Positions 37,501-50,300 of a DNA stretch of 64,000 nucleotides are shown here, piece by piece. The stretch's first letter is position 1, and each line of letters begins with the position of its first letter. Below the pieces are notes generated by a model, which saw nothing but the letters and a program-made list of their open reading frames with translations, did no database searches and was not told where the DNA came from. The DNA lies in contig JBLDXI010000011.1 in the NCBI GenBank assembly GCA_047495785.1, positions 1-64,000 of the forward strand, in the 5' to 3' direction. The stretch is from Lepidodermella squamata. Its lineage: Eukaryota > Animalia > Gastrotricha. Made by a program: the position numbers and the translations under genes.

Positions 37501-40500
37501 ATGCTGCCACTATCGAATGATGCCAGAATATGGCTGATTTACCGCGGTGGCGCACGATTCTGCATCGTGGCGCTACGTACAAGGGTCCAAAACTGCGATT
37601 TCAGCCGTTTTGGCTGGCAGCGAAATATCGGTCATCCGAAATGTGCGCCAATCGCCTGCAAACGTGTTTGCGCATGCTGCCACTACCGAATGATGCCAGA
37701 ATATGGCTGATTTACCGCGGTGGCGCACGATTCTGCATCGTGGCGCTACGTACAAGGGTCCAAAACTGCGATTTCAGCCGTTTTGGCTGGCAGCGAAATA
37801 TCGGTCATCCGAAATGTGCGCCAATCGCCTGCAAACGTGTTTGCGCATGCTGCCACTATCGAATGATGCCAGAATATGGCTGATTTACCGCGGTGGCGCA
37901 CAATTCTGCATCGTGGCGCTACGTACAAGGGTCCAAAACTGCGATTTCAGCCGTTTTGGCTGGCAGCGAAATATCGGTCATCCGAAATGTGCGCCAATCG
38001 CCTGCAAACGTGTTTGCGCATGCTGCCACTACCGAATGATGCCAGAATATGGCTGATTTACCGCGGTGGCGCACGATTCTGCATCGTGGCGCTTCGTACA
38101 GGGGTCCAAAACTGCGATTTCAGCCGTTTTGGCTGGCAGCGAAATATCGGTCATCCGAAATGTGCGCCAATCGCCTGCAAACGTGTTTGCGCATGCTGCC
38201 ACTATCGAATGATGCCAGAATATGGCTGATTTACCGCGGTGGCGCACGATTCTGCATCGTGGCGCTACGTACAAGGGTCCAAAACTGCGATTTCAGCCGT
38301 TTTGGCTGGCAGCGAAATATCGGTCATCCGAAATGTGCGCCAATCGCCTGCAAACGTGTTTGCGCATGCTGCCACTACCGAATGATGCCAGAATATGGCT
38401 GATTTACCGCGGTGGCGCACGATTCTGCATCGTGGCGCTACGTACAGGGGTCCAAAACTGCGATTTCAGCCGTTTTGGCTGGCAGCGAAATATCGGTCAT
38501 CCGAAATGTGCGCCAATCGCCTGCAAACGTGTTTGCGCATGCTGCCACTATCGAATGATGCCAGAATATGGCTGATTTACCGCGGTGGCGCACGATTCTG
38601 CATCGTGGCGCTACGTACAAGGGTCCAAAACTGCGATTTCAGCCGTTTTGGCTGGCAGCGAAATATCGGTCATCCGAAATGTGCGCCAATCGCCTGCAAA
38701 CGTGTTTGCGCATGCTGCCACTATCGAATGATGCCAGAATATGGCTGATTTACCGCGGTGGCGCACGATTCTGCATCGTGGCGCTACGTACAAGGGTCCA
38801 AAACTGCGATTTCAGCCGTTTTGGCTGGCAGCGAAATATCGGTCATCCGAAATGTGCGCCAATCGCCTGCAAACGTGTTTGCGCATGCTGCCACTATCGA
38901 ATGATGCCAGAATATGGCTGATTTACCGCGGTGGCTCACGATTCTGCATCGTGGCGCTACGTACAAGGGTCCAAAACTGCGATTTCAGCCGTTTTGGCTG
39001 GCAGCGAAATATCGGTCATCCGAAATGTGCGCCAATCGCCTGCAAACGTGTTTGCGCATGCTGCCACTATCGAATGATGCCAGAATATGGCTGATTTACC
39101 GCGGTGGCGCACGATTCTGCATCGTGGCGCTACGTACAAGGGTCCAAAACTGCGATTTCAGCCGTTTGGCTGGCAGCGAAATATCGGTCATCCGAAATGT
39201 GCGCCAATCGCCTGCAAACGTGTTTGCGCATGCTGCCACTATCGAATGATGCCAGAATATGGCTGATTTACCGCGGTGGCGCACGATTCTGCATCGTGGC
39301 GCTACGTACAAGGGTCCAAAACTGCGATTTCAGCCGTTTTGGCTGGCAGCGAAATATCGGTCATCCGAAATGTGCGCCAATCGCCTGCAAACGTGTTTGC
39401 GCATGCTGCCACTATCGAATGATGCCAGAATATGGCTGATTTACCGCGGTGGCGCACGATTCTGCATCGTGGCGCTACGTACAAGGGTCCAAAACTGCGA
39501 TTTCAGCCGTTTTGGCTGGCAGCGAAATATCGGTCATCCGAAATGTGCGCCAATCGCCTGCAAACGTGTCTGCGCATGCTGCCACTATCGAATGATGCCA
39601 GAATATGGCTGATTTACCGCGGTGGCGCACGATTCTGCATCGTGGCGCTACGTACAAGGGTCCAAAACTGCGATTTCAGCCGTTTTGGCTGGCAGCGAAA
39701 TATCGGTCATCCGAAATGTGCGCCAATCGCCTGCAAACGTGTTTGCGCATGCTGCCACTATCGAATGATGCCAGAATATGGCTGATTTACCGCGGTGGCG
39801 CACGATTCTGCATCGTGGCGCTACGTACAAGGGTCCAAAACTGCGATTTCAGCCGTTTTGGCTGGCAGCGAAATATCGGTCATCCGAAATGTGCGCCAAT
39901 CGCCTGCAAACGTGTTTGCGCATGCTGCCACTATCGAATGATGCCAGAATATGGCTGATTTACCGCGGTGGCGCACGATTCTGCATCGTGGCGCTACGTA
40001 CAAGGGTCCAAAACTGCGATTTCAGCCGTTTTGGCTGGCAGCGAAATATCGGTCATCCGAAATGTGCGCCAATCGCCTGCAAACGTGTTTGCGCATGCTG
40101 CCACTATCGAATGATGCCAGAATATGGCTGATTTACCGCGGTGGCTCACGATTCTGCATCGTGGCGCTACGTACAAGGGTCCAAAACTGCGATTTCAGCC
40201 GTTTTGGCTGGCAGCGAAATATCGGTCATCCGAAATGTGCGCCAATCGCCTGCAAACGTGTTTGCGCATGCTGCCACTATCGAATGATGCCAGAATATGC
40301 TGATTTACCGCGGTGGCGCACGATTCTGCATCGTGGCGCTACGTACAAGGTCCAAAACTGCGATTTCAGCCGTTTTGGCTGGCAGCGAAATATCGGTCAT
40401 CCGAAATGTGCGCCAATCGCCTGCAAACGTGTTTGCGCATGCTGCCACTATCGAATGATGCCAGAATATGGCTGATTTACCGCGGTGGCGCACGATTCTG

Positions 40501-41280
40501 CATCGTGGCGCTACGTACAAGGGTCCAAAACTGCGATTTCAGCCGTTTTGGCTGGCAGCGAAATATCGGTCATCCGAAATGTGCGCCAATCGCCTGCAAA
40601 CGTGTTTGCGCATGCTGCCACTATCGAATGATGCCAGAATATGGCTGATTTACCGCGGTGGCGCACGATTCTGCATCGTGGCGCTACGTACAAGGGTCCA
40701 AAACTGCGATTTCAGCCGTTTGGCTGGCAGCGAAATATCGGTCATCCGAAATGTGCGCCAATCGCCTGCAAACGTGTTTGCGCATGCTGCCACTATCGAA
40801 TGATGCCAGAATATGGCTGATTTACCGCGGTGGCGCACGATTCTGCATCGTGGCGCTACGTACAAGGGTCCAAAACTGCGATTTCAGCCGTTTTGGCTGG
40901 CAGCGAAATATCGGTCATCCGAAATGTGCGCCAATCGCCTGCAAACGTGTTTGCGCATGCTGCCACTATCGAATGATGCCAGAATATGGCTGATTTACCG
41001 CGGTGGCGCACGATTCTGCATCGTGGCGCTACGTACAAGGGTCCAAAACTGCGATTTCAGCCGTTTTGGCTGGCAGCGAAATATCGGTCATCCGAAATGT
41101 GCGCCAATCGCCTGCAAACGTGTTTGCGCATGCTGCCACTATCGAATGATGCCAGAATATGGCTGATTTACCGCGGTGGCGCACGATTCTGCATCGTGGC
41201 GCTACGTACAAGGGTCCAAAACTGCGATTTCAGCCGTTTTGGCTGGCAGCGAAATATCGGTCATCCGAAATGTGCGCCAA

Positions 41281-41310
41281 TCGCCTGCAAACGTGTTTGC
41301 GGGCGATTGG
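41281..41310. other. Inversion (fold-back) junction; symmetry axis between 41293 and 41294
   Basis: TCGCCTGCAAAC-GT-GTTTGCG|GGCGATTGG. The forward monomer continues through G41301 and then becomes the reverse complement of 41285 leftwards. There is no spacer or foreign DNA. Mirror ORFs 41176..41385(+) and 41202..41411(-) give the same axis. Confidence 0.97.
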
Positions 41311-44300
41311 CGCACATTTCGGATGACCGATATTTCGCTGCCAGCCAAAACGGCTGAAATCGCAGTTTTGGACCCTTGTACGTAGCGCCACGATGCAGAA
41401 TCGTGCGCCACCGCGGTAAATCAGCCATATTCTGGCATCATTCGATAGTGGCAGCATGCGCAAACACGTTTGCAGGCGATTGGCGCACATTTCGGATGAC
41501 CGATATTTCGCTGCCAGCCAAAACGGCTGAAATCGCAGTTTTGGACCCTTGTACGTAGCGCCACGATGCAGAATCGTGAGCACCGCGGTAAATCAGCCAT
41601 ATTCTGGCATCATTCGATAGTGGCAGCATGCGCAAACACGTTTGCAGGCGATTGGCGCACATTTCGGATGACCGATATTTCGCTGCCAGCCAAAACGGCT
41701 GAAATCGCAGTTTTGGACCCTTGTACGTAGCGCCACGATGCAGAATCGTGCGCCACCGCGGTAAATCAGCCATATTCTGGCATCATTCGATAGTGGCAGC
41801 ATGCGCAAACACGTTTGCAGGCGATTGGCGCACATTTCGGATGACCGATATTTCGCTGCCAGCCAAAACGGCTGAAATCGCAGTTTTGGACCCTTGTACG
41901 TAGCGCCACGATGCAGAATCGTGCGCCACCGCGGTAAATCAGCCATATTCTGGCATCATTCGATAGTGGCAGCATGCGCAAACACGTTTGCAGGCGATTG
42001 GCGCACATTTCGGATGACCGATATTTCGCTGCCAGCCAAAACGGCTGAAATCGCAGTTTTGGACCCTTGTACGTAGCGCCACGATGCAGAATCGTGCGCC
42101 ACCGCGGTAAATCAGCCATATTCTGGCATCATTCGATAGTGGCAGCATGCGCAAACACGTTTGCAGGCGATTGGCGCACATTTCGGATGACCGATATTTC
42201 GCTGCCAGCCAAAACGGCTGAAATCGCAGTTTTGGACCCTTGTACGTAGCGCCACGATGCAGAATCGTGCGCCACCGCGGTAAATCAGCCATATTCTGGC
42301 ATCATTCGATAGTGGCAGCATGCGCAAACACGTTTGCAGGCGATTGGCGCACATTTCGGATGACCGATATTTCGCTGCCAGCCAAAACGGCTGAAATCGC
42401 AGTTTTGGACCCTTGTACGTAGCGCCACGATGCAGAATCGTGCGCCACCGCGGTAAATCAGCCATATTCTGGCATCATTCGATAGTGGCAGCATGCGCAA
42501 ACACGTTTGCAGGCGATTGGCGCACATTTCGGATGACCGATATTTCGCTGCCAGCCAAAACGGCTGAAATCGCAGTTTTGGACCCTTGTACGTAGCGCCA
42601 CGATGCAGAATCGTGCGCCACCGCGGTAAATCAGCCATATTCTGGCATCATTCGATAGTGGCAGCATGCGCAAACACGTTTGCAGGCGATTGGCGCACAT
42701 TTCGGATGACCGATATTTCGCTGCCAGCCAAAACGGCTGAAATCGCAGTTTTGGACCCTTGTACGTAGCGCCACGATGCAGAATCGTGCGCCACCGCGGT
42801 AAATCAGCCATATTCTGGCATCATTCGATAGTGGCAGCATGCGCAAACACGTTTGCAGGCGATTGGCGCACATTTCGGATGACCGATATTTCGCTGCCAG
42901 CCAAAACGGCTGAAATCGCAGTTTTGGACCCTTGTACGTAGCGCCACGATGCAGAATCGTGCGCCACCGCGGTAAATCAGCCATATTCTGGCATCATTCG
43001 ATAGTGGCAGCATGCGCAAACACGTTTGCAGGCGATTGGCGCACATTTCGGATGACCGATATTTCGCTGCCAGCCAAAACGGCTGAAATCGCAGTTTTGG
43101 ACCCTTGTACGTAGCGCCACGATGCAGAATCGTGCGCCACCGCGGTAAATCAGCCATATTCTGGCATCATTCGATAGTGGCAGCATGCGCAAACACGTTT
43201 GCAGGCGATTGGCGCACATTTCGGATGACCGATATTTCGCTGCCAGCCAAAACGGCTGAAATCGCAGTTTTGGACCCTTGTACGTAGCGCCACGATGCAG
43301 AATCGTGCGCCACCGCGGTAAATCAGCCATATTCTGGCATCATTCGGTAGTGGCAGCATGCGCAAACACGTTTGCAGGCGATTGGCGCACATTTCGGATG
43401 ACCGATATTTCGCTGCCAGCCAAAACGGCTGAAATCGCAGTTTTGGACCCTTGTACGTAGCGCCACGATGCAGAATCGTGCGCCACCGCGGTAAATCAGC
43501 CATATTCTGGCATCATTCGATAGTGGCAGCATGCGCAAACACGTTTGCAGGCGATTGGCGCACATTTCGGATGACCGATATTTCGCTGCCAGCCAAAACG
43601 GCTGAAATCGCAGTTTTGGACCCTTGTACGTAGCGCCACGATGCAGAATCGTGCGCCACCGCGGTAAATCAGCCATATTCTGGCATCATTCGATAGTGGC
43701 AGCATGCGCAAACACGTTTGCAGGCGATTGGCGCACATTTCGGATGACCGATATTTCGCTGCCAGCCAAAACGGCTGAAATCGCAGTTTTGGACCCTTGT
43801 ACGTAGCGCCACGATGCAGAATCGTGCGCCACCGCGGTAAATCAGCCATATTCTGGCATCATTCGATAGTGGCAGCATGCGCAAACACGTTTGCAGGCGA
43901 TTGGCGCACATTTCGGATGACCGATATTTCGCTGCCAGCCAAAACGGCTGAAATCGCAGTTTTGGACCCTTGTACGTAGCGCCACGATGCAGAATCGTGC
44001 GCCACCGCGGTAAATCAGCCATATTCTGGCATCATTCGATAGTGGCAGCATGCGCAAACACGTTTGCAGGCGATTGGCGCACATTTCGGATGACCGATAT
44101 TTCGCTGCCAGCCAAAACGGCTGAAATCGCAGTTTTGGACCCTTGTACGTAGCGCCACGATGCAGAATCGTGCGCCACCGCGGTAAATCAGCCATATTCT
44201 GGCATCATTCGATAGTGGCAGCATGCGCAAACACGTTTTGCAGGCGATTGGCGCACATTTCGGATGACCGATATTTCGCTGCCAGCCAAAACGGCTGAAA

Positions 44301-47300
44301 TCGCAGTTTTGGACCCTTGTACGTAGCGCCACGATGCAGAATCGTGCGCCACCGCGGTAAATCAGCCATATTCTGGCATCATTCGATAGTGGCAGCATGC
44401 GCAAACACGTTTGCAGGCGATTGGCGCACATTTCGGATGACCGATATTTCGCTGCCAGCCAAAACGGCTGAAATCGCAGTTTTGGACCCTTGTACGTAGC
44501 GCCACGATGCAGAATCGTGCGCCACCGCGGTAAATCAGCCATATTCTGGCATCATTCGATAGTGGCAGCATGCGCAAACACGTTTGCAGGCGATTGGCGC
44601 ACATTTCGGATGACCGATATTTCGCTGCCAGCCAAAACGGCTGAAATCGCAGTTTTGGACCCTTGTACGTAGCGCCACGATGCAGAATCGTGCGCCACCG
44701 CGGTAAATCAGCCATATTCTGGCATCATTCGATAGTGGCAGCATGCGCAAACACGTTTGCAGGCGATTGGCGCACATTTCGGATGACCGATATTTCGCTG
44801 CCAGCCAAAACGGCTGAAATCGCAGTTTTGGACCCTTGTACGTAGCGCCACGATGCAGAATCGTGCGCCACCGCGGTAAATCAGCCATATTCTGGCATCA
44901 TTCGATAGTGGCAGCATGCGCAAACACGTTTGCAGGCGATTGGCGCACATTTCGGATGACCGATATTTCGCTGCCAGCCAAAACGGCTGAAATCGCAGTT
45001 TTGGACCCTTGTACGTAGCGCCACGATGCAGAATCGTGCGCCACCGCGGTAAATCAGCCATATTCTGGCATCATTCGATAGTGGCAGCATGCGCAAACAC
45101 GTTTGCAGGCGATTGGCGCACATTTCGGATGACCGATATTTCGCTGCCAGCCAAAACGGCTGAAATCGCAGTTTTGGACCCTTGTACGTAGCGCCACGAT
45201 GCAGAATCGTGCGCCACCGCGGTAAATCAGCCATATTCTGGCATCATTCGATAGTGGCAGCATGCGCAAACACGTTTGCAGGCGATTGGCGCACATTTCG
45301 GATGACCGATATTTCGCTGCCAGCCAAAACGGCTGAAATCGCAGTTTTGGACCCTTGTACGTAGCGCCACGATGCAGAATCGTGCGCCACCGCGGTAAAT
45401 CAGCCATATTCTGGCATCATTCGATAGTGGCAGCATGCGCAAACACGTTTGCAGGCGATTGGCGCACATTTCGGATGACCGATATTTCGCTGCCAGCCAA
45501 AACGGCTGAAATCGCAGTTTTGGACCCTTGTACGTAGCGCCACGATGCAGAATCGTGCGCCACCGCGGTAAATCAGCCATATTCTGGCATCATTCGATAG
45601 TGGCAGCATGCGCAAACACGTTTGCAGGCGATTGGCGCACATTTCGGATGACCGATATTTCGCTGCCAGCCAAAACGGCTGAAATCGCAGTTTTGGACCC
45701 TTGTACGTAGCGCCACGATGCAGAATCGTGCGCCACCGCGGTAAATCAGCCATATTCTGGCATCATTCGATAGTGGCAGCATGCGCAAACACGTTTGCAG
45801 GCGATTGGCGCACATTTCGGATGACCGATATTTCGCTGCCAGCCAAAACGGCTGAAATCGCAGTTTTGGACCCTTGTACGTAGCGCCACGATGCAGAATC
45901 GTGCGCCACCGCGGTAAATCAGCCATATTCTGGCATCATTCGATAGTGGCAGCATGCGCAAACACGTTTGCAGGCGATTGGCGCACATTTCGGATGACCG
46001 ATATTTCGCTGCCAGCCAAAACGGCTGAAATCGCAGTTTTGGACCCTTGTACGTAGCGCCACGATGCAGAATCGTGCGCCACCGCGGTAAATCAGCCATA
46101 TTCTGGCATCATTCGATAGTGGCAGCATGCGCAAACACGTTTGCAGGCGATTGGCGCACATTTCGGATGACCGATATTTCGCTGCCAGCCAAAACGGCTG
46201 AAATCGCAGTTTTGGACCCTTGTACGTAGCGCCACGATGCAGAATCGTGCGCCACCGCGGTAAATCAGCCATATTCTGGCATCATTCGATAGTGGCAGCA
46301 TGCGCAAACACGTTTGCAGGCGATTGGCGCACATTTCGGATGACCGATATTTCGCTGCCAGCCAAAACGGCTGAAATCGCAGTTTTGGACCCTTGTACGT
46401 AGCGCCACGATGCAGAATCGTGCGCCACCGCGGTAAATCAGCCATATTCTGGCATCATTCGATAGTGGCAGCATGCGCAAACACGTTTGCAGGCGATTGG
46501 CGCACATTTCGGATGACCGATATTTCGCTGCCAGCCAAAACGGCTGAAATCGCAGTTTTGGACCCTTGTACGTAGCGCCACGATGCAGAATCGTGCGCCA
46601 CCGCGGTAAATCAGCCATATTCTGGCATCATTCGATAGTGGCAGCATGCGCAAACACGTTTGCAGGCGATTGGCGCACATTTCGGATGACCGATATTTCG
46701 CTGCCAGCCAAAACGGCTGAAATCGCAGTTTTGGACCCTTGTACGTAGCGCCACGATGCAGAATCGTGCGCCACCGCGGTAAATCAGCCATATTCTGGCA
46801 TCATTCGATAGTGGCAGCATGCGCAAACACGTTTGCAGGCGATTGGCGCACATTTCGGATGACCGATATTTCGCTGCCAGCCAAAACGGCTGAAATCGCA
46901 GTTTTGGACCCTTGTACGTAGCGCCACGATGCAGAATCGTGCGCCACCGCGGTAAATCAGCCATATTCTGGCATCATTCGATAGTGGCAGCATGCGCAAA
47001 CACGTTTGCAGGCGATTGGCGCACATTTCGGATGACCGATATTTCGCTGCCAGCCAAAACGGCTGAAATCGCAGTTTTGGACCCTTGTACGTAGCGCCAC
47101 GATGCAGAATCGTGCGCCACCGCGGTAAATCAGCCATATTCTGGCATCATTCGATAGTGGCAGCATGCGCAAACACGTTTGCAGGCGATTGGCGCACATT
47201 TCGGATGACCGATATTTCGCTGCCAGCCAAAACGGCTGAAATCGCAGTTTTGGACCCTTGTACGTAGCGCCACGATGCAGAATCGTGCGCCACCGCGGTA

Positions 47301-50300
47301 AATCAGCCATATTCTGGCATCATTCGATAGTGGCAGCATGCGCAAACACGTTTGCAGGCGATTGGCGCACATTTCGGATGACCGATATTTCGCTGCCAGC
47401 CAAAACGGCTGAAATCGCAGTTTTGGACCCTTGTACGTAGCGCCACGATGCAGAATCGTGCGCCACCGCGGTAAATCAGCCATATTCTGGCATCATTCGA
47501 TAGTGGCAGCATGCGCAAACACGTTTGCAGGCGATTGGCGCACATTTCGGATGACCGATATTTCGCTGCCAGCCAAAACGGCTGAAATCGCAGTTTTGGA
47601 CCCTTGTACGTAGCGCCACGATGCAGAATCGTGCGCCACCGCGGTAAATCAGCCATATTCTGGCATCATTCGATAGTGGCAGCATGCGCAAACACGTTTG
47701 CAGGCGATTGGCGCACATTTCGGATGACCGATATTTCGCTGCCAGCCAAAACGGCTGAAATCGCAGTTTTGGACCCTTGTACGTAGCGCCACGATGCAGA
47801 ATCGTGCGCCACCGCGGTAAATCAGCCATATTCTGGCATCATTCGATAGTGGCAGCATGCGCAAACACGTTTGCAGGCGATTGGCGCACATTTCGGATGA
47901 CCGATATTTCGCTGCCAGCCAAAACGGCTGAAATCGCAGTTTTGGACCCTTGTACGTAGCGCCACGATGCAGAATCGTGCGCCACCGCGGTAAATCAGCC
48001 ATATTCTGGCATCATTCGATAGTGGCAGCATGCGCAAACACGTTTGCAGGCGATTGGCGCACATTTCGGATGACCGATATTTCGCTGCCAGCCAAAACGG
48101 CTGAAATCGCAGTTTTGGACCCTTGTACGTAGCGCCACGATGCAGAATCGTGCGCCACCGCGGTAAATCAGCCATATTCTGGCATCATTCGATAGTGGCA
48201 GCATGCGCAAACACGTTTGCAGGCGATTGGCGCACATTTCGGATGACCGATATTTCGCTGCCAGCCAAAACGGCTGAAATCGCAGTTTTGGACCCTTGTA
48301 CGTAGCGCCACGATGCAGAATCGTGCGCCACCGCGGTAAATCAGCCATATTCTGGCATCATTCGATAGTGGCAGCATGCGCAAACACGTTTGCAGGCGAT
48401 TGGCGCACATTTCGGATGACCGATATTTCGCTGCCAGCCAAAACGGCTGAAATCGCAGTTTTGGACCCTTGTACGTAGCGCCACGATGCAGAATCGTGCG
48501 CCACCGCGGTAAATCAGCCATATTCTGGCATCATTCGATAGTGGCAGCATGCGCAAACACGTTTGCAGGCGATTGGCGCACATTTCGGATGACCGATATT
48601 TCGCTGCCAGCCAAAACGGCTGAAATCGCAGTTTGGACCCTTGTACGTAGCGCCACGATGCAGAATCGTGCGCCACCGCGGTAAATCAGCCATATTCTGG
48701 CATCATTCGATAGTGGCAGCATGCGCAAACACGTTTGCAGGCGATTGGCGCACATTTCGGATGACCGATATTTCGCTGCCAGCCAAAACGGCTGAAATCG
48801 CAGTTTTGGACCCTTGTACGTAGCGCCACGATGCAGAATCGTGCGCCACCGCGGTAAATCAGCCATATTCTGGCATCATTCGATAGTGGCAGCATGCGCA
48901 AACACGTTTGCAGGCGATTGGCGCACATTTCGGATGACCGATATTTCGCTGCCAGCCAAAACGGCTGAAATCGCAGTTTTGGACCCTTGTACGTAGCGCC
49001 ACGATGCAGAATCGTGCGCCACCGCGGTAAATCAGCCATATTCTGGCATCATTCGATAGTGGCAGCATGCGCAAACACGTTTGCAGGCGATTGGCGCACA
49101 TTTCGGATGACCGATATTTCGCTGCCAGCCAAAACGGCTGAAATCGCAGTTTTGGACCCTTGTACGTAGCGCCACGATGCAGAATCGTGCGCCACCGCGG
49201 TAAATCAGCCATATTCTGGCATCATTCGATAGTGGCAGCATGCGCAAACACGTTTGCAGGCGATTGGCGCACATTTCGGATGACCGATATTTCGCTGCCA
49301 GCCAAAACGGCTGAAATCGCAGTTTTGGACCCTTGTACGTAGCGCCACGATGCAGAATCGTGCGCCACCGCGGTAAATCAGCCATATTCTGGCATCATTC
49401 GATAGTGGCAGCATGCGCAAACACGTTTGCAGGCGATTGGCGCACATTTCGGATGACCGATATTTCGCTGCCAGCCAAAACGGCTGAAATCGCAGTTTTG
49501 GACCCTTGTACGTAGCGCCACGATGCAGAATCGTGCGCCACCGCGGTAAATCAGCCATATTCTGGCATCATTCGATAGTGGCAGCATGCGCAAACACGTT
49601 TGCAGGCGATTGGCGCACATTTCGGATGACCGATATTTCGCTGCCAGCCAAAACGGCTGAAATCGCAGTTTTGGACCCTTGTACGTAGCGCCACGATGCA
49701 GAATCGTGCGCCACCGCGGTAAATCAGCCATATTCTGGCATCATTCGATAGTGGCAGCATGCGCAAACACGTTTGCAGGCGATTGGCGCACATTTCGGAT
49801 GACCGATATTTCGCTGCCAGCCAAAACGGCTGAAATCGCAGTTTTGGACCCTTGTACGTAGCGCCACGATGCAGAATCGTGCGCCACCGCGGTAAATCAG
49901 CCATATTCTGGCATCATTCGATAGTGGCAGCATGCGCAAACACGTTTGCAGGCGATTGGCGCACATTTCGGATGACCGATATTTCGCTGCCAGCCAAAAC
50001 GGCTGAAATCGCAGTTTTGGACCCTTGTACGTAGCGCCACGATGCAGAATCGTGCGCCACCGCGGTAAATCAGCCATATTCTGGCATCATTCGATAGTGG
50101 CAGCATGCGCAAACACGTTTGCAGGCGATTGGCGCACATTTCGGATGACCGATATTTCGCTGCCAGCCAAAACGGCTGAAATCGCAGTTTTGGACCCTTG
50201 TACGTAGCGCCACGATGCAGAATCGTGCGCCACCGCGGTAAATCAGCCATATTCTGGCATCATTCGATAGTGGCAGCATGCGCAAACACGTTTGCAGGCG

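Larger units (their letters stand above)
1..41301 (+). repeat. 173-bp tandem satellite array, forward orientation (about 239 monomers, runs off the left edge)
   Basis: The monomer CGGTGGCGCACGATTCTGCATCGTGGCGCTACGTACAAGGGTCCAAAACTGCGATTTCAGCCGTTTTGGCTGGCAGCGAAATATCGGTCATCCGAAATGTGCGCCAATCGCCTGCAAACGTGTTTGCGCATGCTGCCACTATCGAATGATGCCAGAATATGGCTGATTTACCG (1-173) recurs head-to-tail. Identical ORFs recur every 173 bp (159, 332, 505, ...). Confidence 0.99.

Noticed and set aside
1-41301. Endless-ORF concatemer like the rolling-circle reverse-transcribed product of DRT2 defence systems
   Set aside because: Stop codons interrupt the reading path on both strands within every three-monomer cycle. No reverse transcriptase gene is present. 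Nested shared variants imply long-term chromosomal evolution.
41176-41583. Novel fusion ORFs at the inversion and at indel sites (for example 3619..4146, 28699..29229, 31990..32520)
   Set aside because: They are frame or strand switches of the same repeat translation caused by the junction, the barcode remnant or small indels. There is no independent evidence of coding.
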